In this document: piece after piece, positions 8,603 to 16,445 of the stretch
How the letters are laid out: each line of letters begins with the position of its first letter
Position numbering within the stretch: the first letter of the stretch is position 1
Source: Dehalococcoidia bacterium
GTDB lineage: Bacteria > Chloroflexota > Dehalococcoidia > Dehalococcoidales > Fen-1064
DNA length: 37,863 nt
Direction: 5' to 3'
NCBI GenBank assembly: GCA_030691775.1
Contig: JAUYDN010000240.1
Location: 1-37,863, forward strand
Notes under the pieces: generated by a model
What the model saw: only the letters and a program-made list of their open reading frames with translations
Told to the model about the DNA's origin: nothing
Database searches by the model: none
Translations under genes and position numbers: made by a program

Positions 8603-9289
8603 GTGCAAAGCCCAAATGGGGGACAAGAGGGGGTTTTTGACGTGTTACTCAACATCTACGAACGCCTTTTTGCCCTCTACGGTCCCCAGCACTGGTGGCC
8701 CGGTGATTCTCCCTTCGAGGTAATGGTCGGCGCAATACTGACGCAATCAGCCGCGTGGCAGAACGTGGAAAAAGCCATCCGCAACCTGAAAACAGCCGGC
8801 ACACTTTCCCCACAAGCCCTGAGTCAGTTACCTGTTGAAGAAATCGCCCGGCTCATCTATCCGAGCGGCTACTACAATGCCAAGGCGCGCAAGCTCAAGG
8901 CGCTGGTAGAGTGGCTGGGAGAGGCGTGCGGTGATGACATTGGTAAACTCTCGGGGATAGAAACTGATGAACTGCGGAGGCAACTGCTTGCCGTCCACGG
9001 GGTGGGACCGGAAACCGCCGATTCCATCCTGCTTTACGCTCTCGGTAAGCCCGTATTTGTAATCGATGCCTACACCCGGCGCATCATGTTCCGGCTCGGG
9101 CTGGTGGGAGAAAAAACCAGCTACGAAAAGCTACAGAAATTGTTCATGGACAATCTTCAACCGGACGTACAGTCGTTCAACGAATACCATGCCCTGCTCG
9201 TCCGGCTGGGGAAGACGGTCTGCCGCAAGCAACCCCTGTGCCGGGAGTGCCCTTTGTTTGACATCTGCCCATCCAATGAGGCAAGATAG
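8603..9289 (+). CDS. Endonuclease III-related HhH-GPD domain protein with C-terminal Fe-S cluster loop
   Basis: YGPQHWWPGDSPFEVMVGAILTQSAAWQNVEKAI, HGVGPETADSILLYA (HhH) and CRKQPLCRECPLFDIC. The start is uncertain (GTG 8603). Confidence 0.75.
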   Translation: MQSPNGGQEGVFDVLLNIYERLFALYGPQHWWPGDSPFEVMVGAILTQSAAWQNVEKAIRNLKTAGTLSPQALSQLPVEEIARLIYPSGYYNAKARKLKALVEWLGEACGDDIGKLSGIETDELRRQLLAVHGVGPETADSILLYALGKPVFVIDAYTRRIMFRLGLVGEKTSYEKLQKLFMDNLQPDVQSFNEYHALLVRLGKTVCRKQPLCRECPLFDICPSNEAR

Positions 9290-9296
9290 GATAATA

Positions 9297-9833
9297 ATGT
9301 TTATCGGTCTCGTCTCGGATACACACATCGCCTGGCCTGAGCAGTCCTGGCCCCCTCAAATCAAAGAAAAACTCCGCGGAGTCGACCTGATTCTCCACGC
9401 GGGTGATATCTGGATTTCCTGGGTTCTCGATGAGCTATCCACCATCGCGCCGGTGCTTGCCGCCCAAGGCGATGATGACATGGAAGCGGACATCGGCAAC
9501 GACCCGCGTATTGTCAAGCGGCAAGTCCTCTCCTACGAGGGCGTCAACCTGTGGGTCCAGCATATCAAGCCGCGCTACGGACAAATTAACCCGGCATATC
9601 AGGTGAACTATTACACAACCCAGAACCGGCAAGCACCCACCGAACCAGCGGAGGTGCCGGATGTGGTTGTGTTCGGGCACAGCCATTTCGCGGAAATCGA
9701 AGACTTCAAAGGCATCACCCTCATCAATCCGGGCAGTCCCACCCTGCCTCAATATCTCCCCAGGCTGGGAACGGTTGGTTTGCTCACCCTGAAAGACGGC
9801 AAAGTAGACGCCAGACTGATTCCGCTGGAATAG
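9297..9833 (+). CDS. Metallophosphoesterase, YfcE/MJ0936 family
   Basis: MFIGLVSDTHI, ILHAGDI, VVFGHSH and INPGSPT motifs. ATG 9297 lies 8 nt after the upstream stop. The ORF-track extension to 9066 overlaps the previous gene. Confidence 0.8.
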   Translation: MFIGLVSDTHIAWPEQSWPPQIKEKLRGVDLILHAGDIWISWVLDELSTIAPVLAAQGDDDMEADIGNDPRIVKRQVLSYEGVNLWVQHIKPRYGQINPAYQVNYYTTQNRQAPTEPAEVPDVVVFGHSHFAEIEDFKGITLINPGSPTLPQYLPRLGTVGLLTLKDGKVDARLIPLE

Positions 9834-9945
9834 TTTTCAGTTTACAGTCAACAGCTCACAGTTTCCAGAAGCTCTCTGGTTGTTTTCTACTGATAACTTA
9901 TTACTGTTTACTATTTACTGATGACTGTCTACTATCTACTGCCCT
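9834..9945. repeat. Heptanucleotide tandem arrays (16 consecutive 7-nt units)
   Basis: TTTTCAG TTTACAG TCAACAG CTCACAG TTTCCAG AAGCTCT CTGGTTG TTTTCTA CTGATAA CTTATTA CTGTTTA CTATTTA CTGATGA CTGTCTA CTATCTA CTGCCCT, all in register. Confidence 0.75.
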
Positions 9946-9987
9946 CCCCCCTTGCACAAACACCCCGAATCAAGTAAAGTCACTGGT

Positions 9988-11343
9988 ATGGAAAAATCGC
10001 GTACCGTTTTTGTTTGTGAGTGCGGCTACCGCAGTGTCTTCGAGCTGGGGCGCTGTCCCCAGTGCCACCAATGGCATAAATTTACCCGGCAGGTAGAAAT
10101 AGAACCCACATCGCCGGCACGACCGCGCACCTCTACAAGTGGTCCTGAAGAGCTTTCACAGGTCAGTCTCCAGGCCGCCGAACGCTTTCCCGTAGCGATG
10201 TCCGAGTTCAACCGCGTGCTCGGCGGCGGGATTGTACCCGGTTCACTGGTGCTTATCGGTGGGGAGCCGGGGATTGGCAAATCGACTCTGCTTTTACAGG
10301 TCGCGGCGCTTGTGGCGCAGGCGCGGGGTAATGTCGTTTACGTTTCCGGGGAAGAGACCGCCGCCCAGATTAAACTGCGCGCCAACCGGCTCGGCGTCCG
10401 CGGTGAAAGTCTTTACCTGCTCTCCGAGACCGATATCGCCGCGATGCTGGAACACATGGAAAGCATGGAGCCGGGCTTGCTCATTATCGATTCTATCCAG
10501 ACCACCCATACCCCGGAAGATGACGGCGCGCCAGGTTCTATTACCCAGGTGCGTGAATCGGCGCAGAGACTAATGCGCTGGGCAAAGTCGACAGGCGTGC
10601 CGGTATTCATCACGGGACATGTTACCAAAGAGGGTAATATCGCCGGTCCCCGTATGCTCGAGCATATCGTCGATGTCGTTCTCTACCTGGAGGGCGAACA
10701 GTTCAGTGCCTATCGCTTGCTTCGCTGTGTCAAGAACCGCTTCGGCTCCACCAACGAGGTTGGCATATTCGAAATGAAAGAGAAGGGGCTAATCGAGGTG
10801 GAGAACCCCTCGAAGGCATTTATTTCGCAAAGGGAAGGGGGGCTGGTTGGTTCGGTGGTGGTACCGGTGATTGAAGGGAGCCGCCCTCTTCTCGTGGAAA
10901 TCCAGGCGCTTACCAACCCGACGAGCTTCGGGATGCCGCGCCGCACTGCCAACGGCGTTGATTTCAACCGTCTGCTGATGATTATTGCCGTGTTGCAGAG
11001 ACGGTTAGGCTTAAAGCTGGGCAACCAGGACGTGATGGTGAACGTCACCGGCGGGCTGAAGATTGACGAGCCGGCGGCAGACCTGGGCATTGCCCTGGCA
11101 ATTGCCTCGAGCTGTCAGGATGCGCCTGTGGATGTGGGGCTGGTGGCGGTAGGTGAGATTGGTTTGAGCGGCGAACTGCGGTCGGTGGCACAGATAGACA
11201 GGCGGGTGACGGAAGCGGCGCGGATGGGCTTCACACGATGCCTGGTGCCTTCGGCGGGAGAAAAAGTCACAGCCCCGAAGGGCATTGAAGTCAACGCGGT
11301 GAGCAGTGTGCGGGGGGCGGTGGAGCAGGGGTTGAAGAAATAA
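9988..11343 (+). CDS. radA: DNA repair protein RadA/Sms
   Basis: N-terminal Zn finger CECGYRSVFELGRCPQCHQW, Walker A GGEPGIGKST, KNRFG motif and a Lon-like C-terminal domain. ATG 9988 gives the canonical N-terminus (the ORF-track start is TTG 9952). Confidence 0.9.
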   Translation: MEKSRTVFVCECGYRSVFELGRCPQCHQWHKFTRQVEIEPTSPARPRTSTSGPEELSQVSLQAAERFPVAMSEFNRVLGGGIVPGSLVLIGGEPGIGKSTLLLQVAALVAQARGNVVYVSGEETAAQIKLRANRLGVRGESLYLLSETDIAAMLEHMESMEPGLLIIDSIQTTHTPEDDGAPGSITQVRESAQRLMRWAKSTGVPVFITGHVTKEGNIAGPRMLEHIVDVVLYLEGEQFSAYRLLRCVKNRFGSTNEVGIFEMKEKGLIEVENPSKAFISQREGGLVGSVVVPVIEGSRPLLVEIQALTNPTSFGMPRRTANGVDFNRLLMIIAVLQRRLGLKLGNQDVMVNVTGGLKIDEPAADLGIALAIASSCQDAPVDVGLVAVGEIGLSGELRSVAQIDRRVTEAARMGFTRCLVPSAGEKVTAPKGIEVNAVSSVRGAVEQGLKK

Positions 11344-11375
11344 ACTACCCTACGCACGTAACTGGTGAAGGAATC

Positions 11376-11567
11376 TCACTGCCGCTCCAGCACGAAATCA
11401 TAGTTGGAGATATTCTGCGATTGCCACAACCTTTCGTTATCGGTCAGGTCGCCAGGGACGGTCTGCAAACAGGAAGTGAGCGTGAGGAAAAGACCAGCCA
11501 GCGCCACAGTAAAACACGCTAGCCGGCGGGTTATTTTGCCGGGTGCCTCGCGGTTGCCCTGGTCCAT
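11376..11567 (-). CDS. Small putative lipoprotein, or remnant of one
   Basis: 63 aa with a signal-like ACFTVALAGLFLTLTSC (lipobox-like LTSC). It overlaps the queF 3' end by 37 nt and stops 32 nt from the convergent radA stop, so it may be a truncated fragment. Confidence 0.3.
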   Translation of the reverse strand: MDQGNREAPGKITRRLACFTVALAGLFLTLTSCLQTVPGDLTDNERLWQSQNISNYDFVLERQ

Positions 11568-11932
11568 ATCCCACCCCTCTCCTTGTAGTCGGCGGTTACG
11601 GCCATAGACACAGGCTTGATGAGCTTGACGAGGTCTTTGAGGATACGGTTAACGGCGTGCTCCTGGATGATGCCCACATTGCGGAAAGAGAGCAGGTAGT
11701 ATTTCAGCGATTTCAGCTCGACGAGCTTTTTGCCGGGGACGTAGCTGATGGTCAGCGTGCCGAAGTCCGGCAAGCCGCTCCACGGACAGACGCAGGTGAA
11801 CTCGTCTGTCTCATAAAGCACTTCGGTATCGGTACCTGCGTAATCGAACGGTATTACCTCCAGGATAGCGACATCGATGGCATCCTCACCCTGGATATCG
11901 AAGCGTTTGCTGGCGTACTTATCTTCGGGCAT
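11531..11932 (-). CDS. queF: NADPH-dependent 7-cyano-7-deazaguanine reductase (type I QueF)
   Basis: EFTCVCPWSGLPDFGTLTISYVP and LKYYLLSFRNVGIIQEHAVNRI are hallmark QueF motifs. ATG 11932 (MPEDKY...) is preferred over the ORF-track start at 11977. Confidence 0.9.
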   Translation of the reverse strand: MPEDKYASKRFDIQGEDAIDVAILEVIPFDYAGTDTEVLYETDEFTCVCPWSGLPDFGTLTISYVPGKKLVELKSLKYYLLSFRNVGIIQEHAVNRILKDLVKLIKPVSMAVTADYKERGGIWTRATARHPAK

Positions 11933-12081
11933 GGTAGTTTCATAATAGAGGACAAAACGACAAGTATCAAGTAACAAGCGTCAATTAAAAAATTACGGTG
12001 TTCTACTATAAAGACCCCCAGGAACACAATTGCCCAATAGAGATTCGTCGCGCTTCGCTCGTGATGACAGTAGGAAGAGAT

Positions 12082-12130
12082 GTCATTCCCGGCCCCGCAA
12101 CTAGTGCGGGGCAGGCTTTGAACGGGAATC
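12082..12130 (+). repeat. GTCATTCCCG...CGGGAATC hairpin element (family copy 3)
   Basis: gtcattcccg + gccccgca-actag-tgcggggc hairpin + aggctttgaacgggaatc. Further nested hairpins follow to about 12220 (attccagc...gctggaat, ccccgta-ctctga-tacgggg, gccgat-tac-atcggc). Confidence 0.5.
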
Positions 12131-12242
12131 TACATACATCCTTCTACTTCTGGATTCCAGCCGGAGTTTACCCCGTACTCTGATACGGGGCTGGAATCGG
12201 TCATGCCGATTACATCGGCACCACGAAATATAAAAATCGGGG

Positions 12243-12397
12243 TTGTCATTCTGGAGCCCTTCATAATCGCTCAGGGTAAACTCCGCGAAGAATCTCAGAG
12301 AGGGGTAGGCGACCCCATGATTCAACTCCCCTCCTCCAGATTCTTCGTCGTCCCGATAAGGAATAAAGGAATTATCGGGACTTCTCCAGAATGACAA
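12243..12397. repeat. MITE-like palindromic element, 155 bp, terminal inverted repeats TTGTCATTCTGGAG / CTCCAGAATGACAA
   Basis: Perfect 14-nt TIRs at 12243-12256 and 12384-12397, an internal GAAGAATCT / AGATTCTTC inverted pair, and a 10-bp hairpin gtcccgataa/ttatcgggac. Same family as 19164-19275. Confidence 0.65.
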
Positions 12398-12473
12398 TGA
12401 ACGGTATTTTCATAGTAATGACAAACTGTGGATGGAGCGAGCTTTCCATGATAATAGCAATTGTATGACCCCC

Positions 12474-12506
12474 ATCAAAAGAAAAGGGGAGCGTTTTCCG
12501 CTCCCC
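12474..12506 (-). terminator. Rho-independent terminator after rpsI (end of the r-protein superoperon)
   Basis: 8-bp GC-rich stem (12486-12493 ggggagcg / 12499-12506 cgctcccc) with a 5-nt loop. On the minus strand it is followed by TTTTCTTTTG. The plus-strand side is also T-rich, so it may be bidirectional. Confidence 0.6.
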
Positions 12507-12523
12507 CGTCTTTCGTTTGTTCT

Positions 12524-12579
12524 ATTTTATGTTTAGTTATTGTTTCGGATTTCGATATTGGTGATTCGGATTTCGTGCC
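12524..12579. repeat. Degenerate heptanucleotide tandem array
   Basis: ATTTTAT GTTTAGT TATTGTT TCGGATT TCGATAT TGGTGAT TCGGATT TCGTGCC. Confidence 0.55.
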
Positions 12580-12633
12580 ACACACGGAACGCGCTGGCGT
12601 TATGACCCGAAAGAGATAAAAACCCAGCCTTGC

Positions 12634-13029
12634 CTAACGCTTCGTATATTGCGGTGCCTTGCGGGCTTTTCTCAATCCAGCCTTCTTGCGCTCCTTGGCG
12701 CGCGAATCACGGGTCAATAGTCCGCTCTGGCGCAGTTTCAGTTTGTTCTCCTCGTTTGCCTGCAGGAGGGCACGCGCGATGCCATGAGAAATAGCCGCCG
12801 CCCAGCCGGTACTGCCACCCCCCGTCACATTCGCCACAACGTTATACTTGTTCAAGCTATCTGTCACGATAAGGGGCTTGGTGATTGTTTTGCGGTACTC
12901 GATACGCGTGAAAAGCTCTTCATAAGGTGTGCCGTTGATAACAATCACTCCCTTGCCTGCCAGAAGCCTTACGCGTGCAACCGCTGTCTTGCGCCTGCCA
13001 GTCCCGTAAAAATAATGTTCCTCCAAGGA
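12634..13029 (-). CDS. rpsI: 30S ribosomal protein S9
   Basis: ...HYFYGTGRRKTAVARV...KARKAPQYTKR. I place the start at TTG 13029, preceded by GGGAGGA with a 4-nt spacer. The ORF-track start TTG 13047 has no SD. Confidence 0.9.
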   Translation of the reverse strand, partial: SLEEHYFYGTGRRKTAVARVRLLAGKGVIVINGTPYEELFTRIEYRKTITKPLIVTDSLNKYNVVANVTGGGSTGWAAAISHGIARALLQANEENKLKLRQSGLLTRDSRAKERKKAGLRKARKAPQYTKR

Positions 13030-13061
13030 ATCCTCCCTTTTTAGCAAACTGCCGGTAATGA

Positions 13062-13124
13062 GTTAACAGTTAACAGTTTTTGGTTATTCGATATTAGGTA
13101 TTCGATATTAGACATTAGATATTT
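13062..13124. repeat. Heptanucleotide tandem array (9 units) running into the last codons of rplM
   Basis: GTTAACA GTTAACA GTTTTTG GTTATTC GATATTA GGTATTC GATATTA GACATTA GATATTT. It contains the 20-mer GATATTAGACATTAGATATT, which is identical to 22916-22935. Confidence 0.7.
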
Positions 13125-13527
13125 TCTTCGGATAGGGATGGTCCGCGCCGGCAAAAATCCGGAGCCTTTTCATCATGCTGGCATTCAACCGGTTCCGTGG
13201 CAACATGCCCTTGACCGCATGCTCGATAACACGCTCCGGAGTCTGTTCCATTTGCTTTTCCAGGCTCACCTGCTTGAGGCCGCCCGGGTACTGCGAATGC
13301 CGGTAGTACATCTTCTGCACCGCTTTTTTGCCGGTGAAGCGTACCTTGCCCGCGTTGATAATCACTACAAAATCACCGACATCCATATTGCGGACGAACA
13401 TCGGCTTGTGTTTGCCGGAAAGCAGTGTGGCGGCACGGGTCGCCACTTTACCCAGGATTTCATCTCCGGCATCGATTACATGCCATTCACGTTTGATATC
13501 GCTTGCTTTGACACTATAGGTTTTCAT
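13108..13527 (-). CDS. rplM: 50S ribosomal protein L13
   Basis: MKTYSVKASDIKREWHVIDAG... is a canonical L13 N-terminus. The ATG overlaps the truA stop by 1 nt. Confidence 0.95.
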   Translation of the reverse strand: MKTYSVKASDIKREWHVIDAGDEILGKVATRAATLLSGKHKPMFVRNMDVGDFVVIINAGKVRFTGKKAVQKMYYRHSQYPGGLKQVSLEKQMEQTPERVIEHAVKGMLPRNRLNASMMKRLRIFAGADHPYPKKISNV

Positions 13528-14345
13528 TATCTCATTTCCTCAATTGCACAGGGGTAGTTTACCCGCACCAGGCAGAGTCCACAGGCAGGCAGGAGCGGTC
13601 CCGCCAGACCGGGTTGTTTTGCATCCAGCAGTTGGGAGAACTCTTCCAGGCTCATTTTACTCAGCCCCACCTGCACCAGCGCTCCCGCCATACTGCGTAC
13701 CTGATGACGCAGGAAGGCATTTGCCGTGAAACTTAAAACAACTGAATCGTAATTCTTCACAACACCTGCCTCATGCAAATGACGGGTGGTACTCTTCTCC
13801 GGTTCACCACTAAGCTCGCTGGCGAAGGATGCGAAATCGTGCAGACCTACCAGTATCTTGCTGGCACGGTCCATCACCCCGATATCGAGAACAGCCGGTA
13901 CACGGTGGGCAAACCGCGCTGTCAAAGGTGAGCGTGTGGCACGGTTAAGAACCGTGTAGGTATACTCGCGGCTGACTGCCATCCGCCGGGGGTCGAAGGA
14001 AAGCGCCGCCCGGTGTGCGGAGAGCACGGCGATGTCATCCGGGAGGTGGTGGTTTAATCCGTGGACATAAGCCTCCAGAGTTAGCGCCGAAGTGGTTTTA
14101 AAGCTTACCACCTGACCGCGGGCATGAACGCCGGCATCGGTGCGGCTGGCTAATGCCACCCGGACCTGCTCACCCGTCAGGTTTTCCAACGCCTTTTCCA
14201 GTTCCGATTGGATGGTAGGCAAGTCTGCCTGAAGCTGACTGCCGTAATAGGCGGTGCCATCATACTCGACCACGAGCGCGATACGCGTGGTTAAAGCCAC
14301 ATCCGCTTCTTTGCCTATTCCGGGTTGTACCATAGCGCCGAGCAT
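13527..14345 (-). CDS. truA: tRNA pseudouridine(38-40) synthase TruA
   Basis: RIALVVEYDGTAYYGSQ, the catalytic region SRTDAGVHARGQV, and HQVRSMAG. TAATG overlaps join it to rplQ and rplM. Confidence 0.9.
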   Translation of the reverse strand: MLGAMVQPGIGKEADVALTTRIALVVEYDGTAYYGSQLQADLPTIQSELEKALENLTGEQVRVALASRTDAGVHARGQVVSFKTTSALTLEAYVHGLNHHLPDDIAVLSAHRAALSFDPRRMAVSREYTYTVLNRATRSPLTARFAHRVPAVLDIGVMDRASKILVGLHDFASFASELSGEPEKSTTRHLHEAGVVKNYDSVVLSFTANAFLRHQVRSMAGALVQVGLSKMSLEEFSQLLDAKQPGLAGPLLPACGLCLVRVNYPCAIEEMR

Positions 14346-14701
14346 TATTTCACCAGCTCCAGTTGTACCATTGGGGCGCCATCGCCCTGCCGCTGTCCGA
14401 GTTTAACCAGCCGGGTATACCCGCCCTTGCGCTCTGCATAGCGGGTCGCCAGCTCGTCGAATACCTTAGCCGCCACCTTCTCATCGAAGATAACGGAGAG
14501 TGCCCGACGGCGGGCGGGGACGCCACCCTTCTTACCCAGGGTAATCATTTTTTCCGCCAGACCGCGCACCCCTTTGGCTTTGGCTTCCGTTGTTTTAATG
14601 TGTTCGTGATTCAGGAGGTCGGTGACCAGGTTACGGTCGAGCGCCTTGCGGTACCCTGACGACCTCGATAATCTTCTACCGTGTAGTAGTTTCTTTCCCA
14701 T
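14345..14701 (-). CDS. rplQ: 50S ribosomal protein L17
   Basis: [33 protein letters not shown]... is canonical L17. Confidence 0.95.
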   Translation of the reverse strand: MGKKLLHGRRLSRSSGYRKALDRNLVTDLLNHEHIKTTEAKAKGVRGLAEKMITLGKKGGVPARRRALSVIFDEKVAAKVFDELATRYAERKGGYTRLVKLGQRQGDGAPMVQLELVK

Positions 14702-14719
14702 ATTCCACCTTAAGTAATT

Positions 14720-14789
14720 GGCAGTTAGCCTTCAGCTTTCAGCAGTCAGAGATTATTTGATTACCGATAGCTGACGGCTAGCAGACGAT
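14720..14789. repeat. Degenerate heptanucleotide tandem array in the rpoA-rplQ spacer
   Basis: GGCAGTT AGCCTTC AGCTTTC AGCAGTC AGAGATT ATTTGAT TACCGAT AGCTGAC GGCTAGC AGACGAT. Confidence 0.55.
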
Positions 14790-14795
14790 AACTTT

Positions 14796-15800
14796 TTATA
14801 CTACTTCTGACCCGGGACCGGGTGTTTCACTCTCACCGGCGACCGGCGTAGCTTCAAGGTCTTCACCCTGCCTGTCTGGAGACCTCAGTGTAAAGCCGAG
14901 CTCACTCAGCCGTTCTTCGAGCTCCTGAAGTGATTTGATACCAAAGTTCCGCAGTGTCATCAACCCTTTTTCTCCCTTGCTGATGACCTCGCCAACGGTG
15001 GCGATGTTCCCCCGGCGCAGGCAGTTCATGGTGCGGACGGAGAGATTAAGCTGTTCAACAGGCATGTTGAACAGCTCCTGCGGAATAGCCAGTCCAACCG
15101 CTTCTTTTTCGGCCCTGATTTCTGTCATCTTGCCGTAGCTAGCGAAGGGAGTTAAAAGGTCCATGAGTATCGTGGCGCTCTTACTGAGTGCGTCCGATGG
15201 TTCCAAGGTGCCATCCGTCCAGATTTCCAGGTAGAGCCTTTCCAGGCTCGTCTCCCGGCCGACATGCACCGGCTCGATAATGAAGTTTACCTTGCGGGTC
15301 GGCGTGAAAATAGCATCGATGGGAATCACTCCGACCGGTAAGTTGTCTGTTGACTCTGCCTGCTTAAATCCGATACCGAGCTCGACATCTAACTCAGCGT
15401 AAAGTCGCGCGTCCGCGGAATCCATCGTCGCCAGGTAAAGTTCAGGATTAACGATTTCAAAGTCAGCGGACGGTTTTATATCTGCCGCAGTTACTATTCC
15501 CTCACCGGCGATATCCAGGATGAGTTTTCCAGGACGGTCGGTGAGCGTCTTGATACGGATAGCTTTTACGTTGAGCAGGAACTCGATGACGTCTTCTTTC
15601 GCGTGGGGGATAGAGGAGAACTCGTGATGAACGCCATCGATTTTCACGCGGGCAACCGCCGCTCCAGGCAGATAGCCCAGCATAACGCGCCGTAATGAGT
15701 TTCCGAGCGTAACCCCGAACCCCTTCTCGAGCGGTTCAGCCATGAAACGCCCGAAGTTTTCCCGGCTTTCAACTAACTGAATTTTAGGTATTGCCGACAA
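14796..15800 (-). CDS. rpoA: DNA-directed RNA polymerase subunit alpha
   Basis: FMAEPLEKGFGVTLGNSLRRVML plus the C-terminal domain LNLSVRTMNCLRRGNIATVGE. The TTG start at 15800 is supported by AAGGAGG upstream. Confidence 0.95.
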   Translation of the reverse strand: MSAIPKIQLVESRENFGRFMAEPLEKGFGVTLGNSLRRVMLGYLPGAAVARVKIDGVHHEFSSIPHAKEDVIEFLLNVKAIRIKTLTDRPGKLILDIAGEGIVTAADIKPSADFEIVNPELYLATMDSADARLYAELDVELGIGFKQAESTDNLPVGVIPIDAIFTPTRKVNFIIEPVHVGRETSLERLYLEIWTDGTLEPSDALSKSATILMDLLTPFASYGKMTEIRAEKEAVGLAIPQELFNMPVEQLNLSVRTMNCLRRGNIATVGEVISKGEKGLMTLRNFGIKSLQELEERLSELGFTLRSPDRQGEDLEATPVAGESETPGPGSEVV

Positions 15801-15811
15801 TCCCTGCCTCC

Positions 15812-16435
15812 TTACCGCGAGTAGTATTCTACGATGGTTTTACCATCGAACTTGAAGCTGGCTTCATCAAGGATGGGTTGTGACACCACCTGCGCCACCA
15901 GCTTCACCCTGTCCAGGCTTAACCAGGCGGGTACGGTCTTCGCTTTAATTTCTTCGAGAACACGCTTAAAATACTCGGTGCGCATGCTGGTTTCTTTGAC
16001 AGCAACAATGTCACCCTCCTTAACGAGTCGTGATGGGACACTTGCCCGGCGCCCGTTAAGAGTAATGTGCCTGTGGAGGACAAGCTGACGTGCCTGGGCA
16101 CGGGAGTCCCCGAATCCCAGACGGTAAACCACATTGTCCAACCTCTTTTCCAGCATAACTTTCAGGTTATCGCCGGTGACGCCAGGCTGACGTTCCGCTT
16201 CTGCAAAAAAGCGCCGGAACTGCCGCTCCATCATCCCATAAGAGAAGCGGGCTTTCTGTTTTTCCACCAGCTGTAAGCCGCGGTCGGAAACTCTCCGCCG
16301 CCGCCCCCTGCCGATTTTTACGCGCCGCTTATGCTCCATTGTACATTTGGGCGTCTGGCACCGGCCTCCCTTGAGCATAAGCTTATCGCCAACGCGGCGA
16401 CAGAGGTGACAGACGGAACCGATATATCTTGCCAT
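15812..16435 (-). CDS. rpsD: 30S ribosomal protein S4
   Basis: MARYIGSVCHLCRR... with a C4 zinc-knuckle-type N-terminus and an S4 RNA-binding domain. Confidence 0.95.
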   Translation of the reverse strand: MARYIGSVCHLCRRVGDKLMLKGGRCQTPKCTMEHKRRVKIGRGRRRRVSDRGLQLVEKQKARFSYGMMERQFRRFFAEAERQPGVTGDNLKVMLEKRLDNVVYRLGFGDSRAQARQLVLHRHITLNGRRASVPSRLVKEGDIVAVKETSMRTEYFKRVLEEIKAKTVPAWLSLDRVKLVAQVVSQPILDEASFKFDGKTIVEYYSR

Positions 16436-16445
16436 AAAACCTTCC

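Noticed and set aside
9834-9945. Whether the short tandem arrays could be a CRISPR array
   Set aside because: The period is 7 nt with no repeat-spacer organisation. CRISPR repeats are typically a few tens of nt and are separated by unique spacers. No cas genes are present in the window.
11933-12000. Possible preQ1 riboswitch upstream of queF
   Set aside because: I looked for a short P1 hairpin followed by an A-rich tail pairing near the SD. Only a loose resemblance (gtcctctattatgaaactacc) was found, with no convincing stem or pseudoknot. A covariance-model search would be needed.
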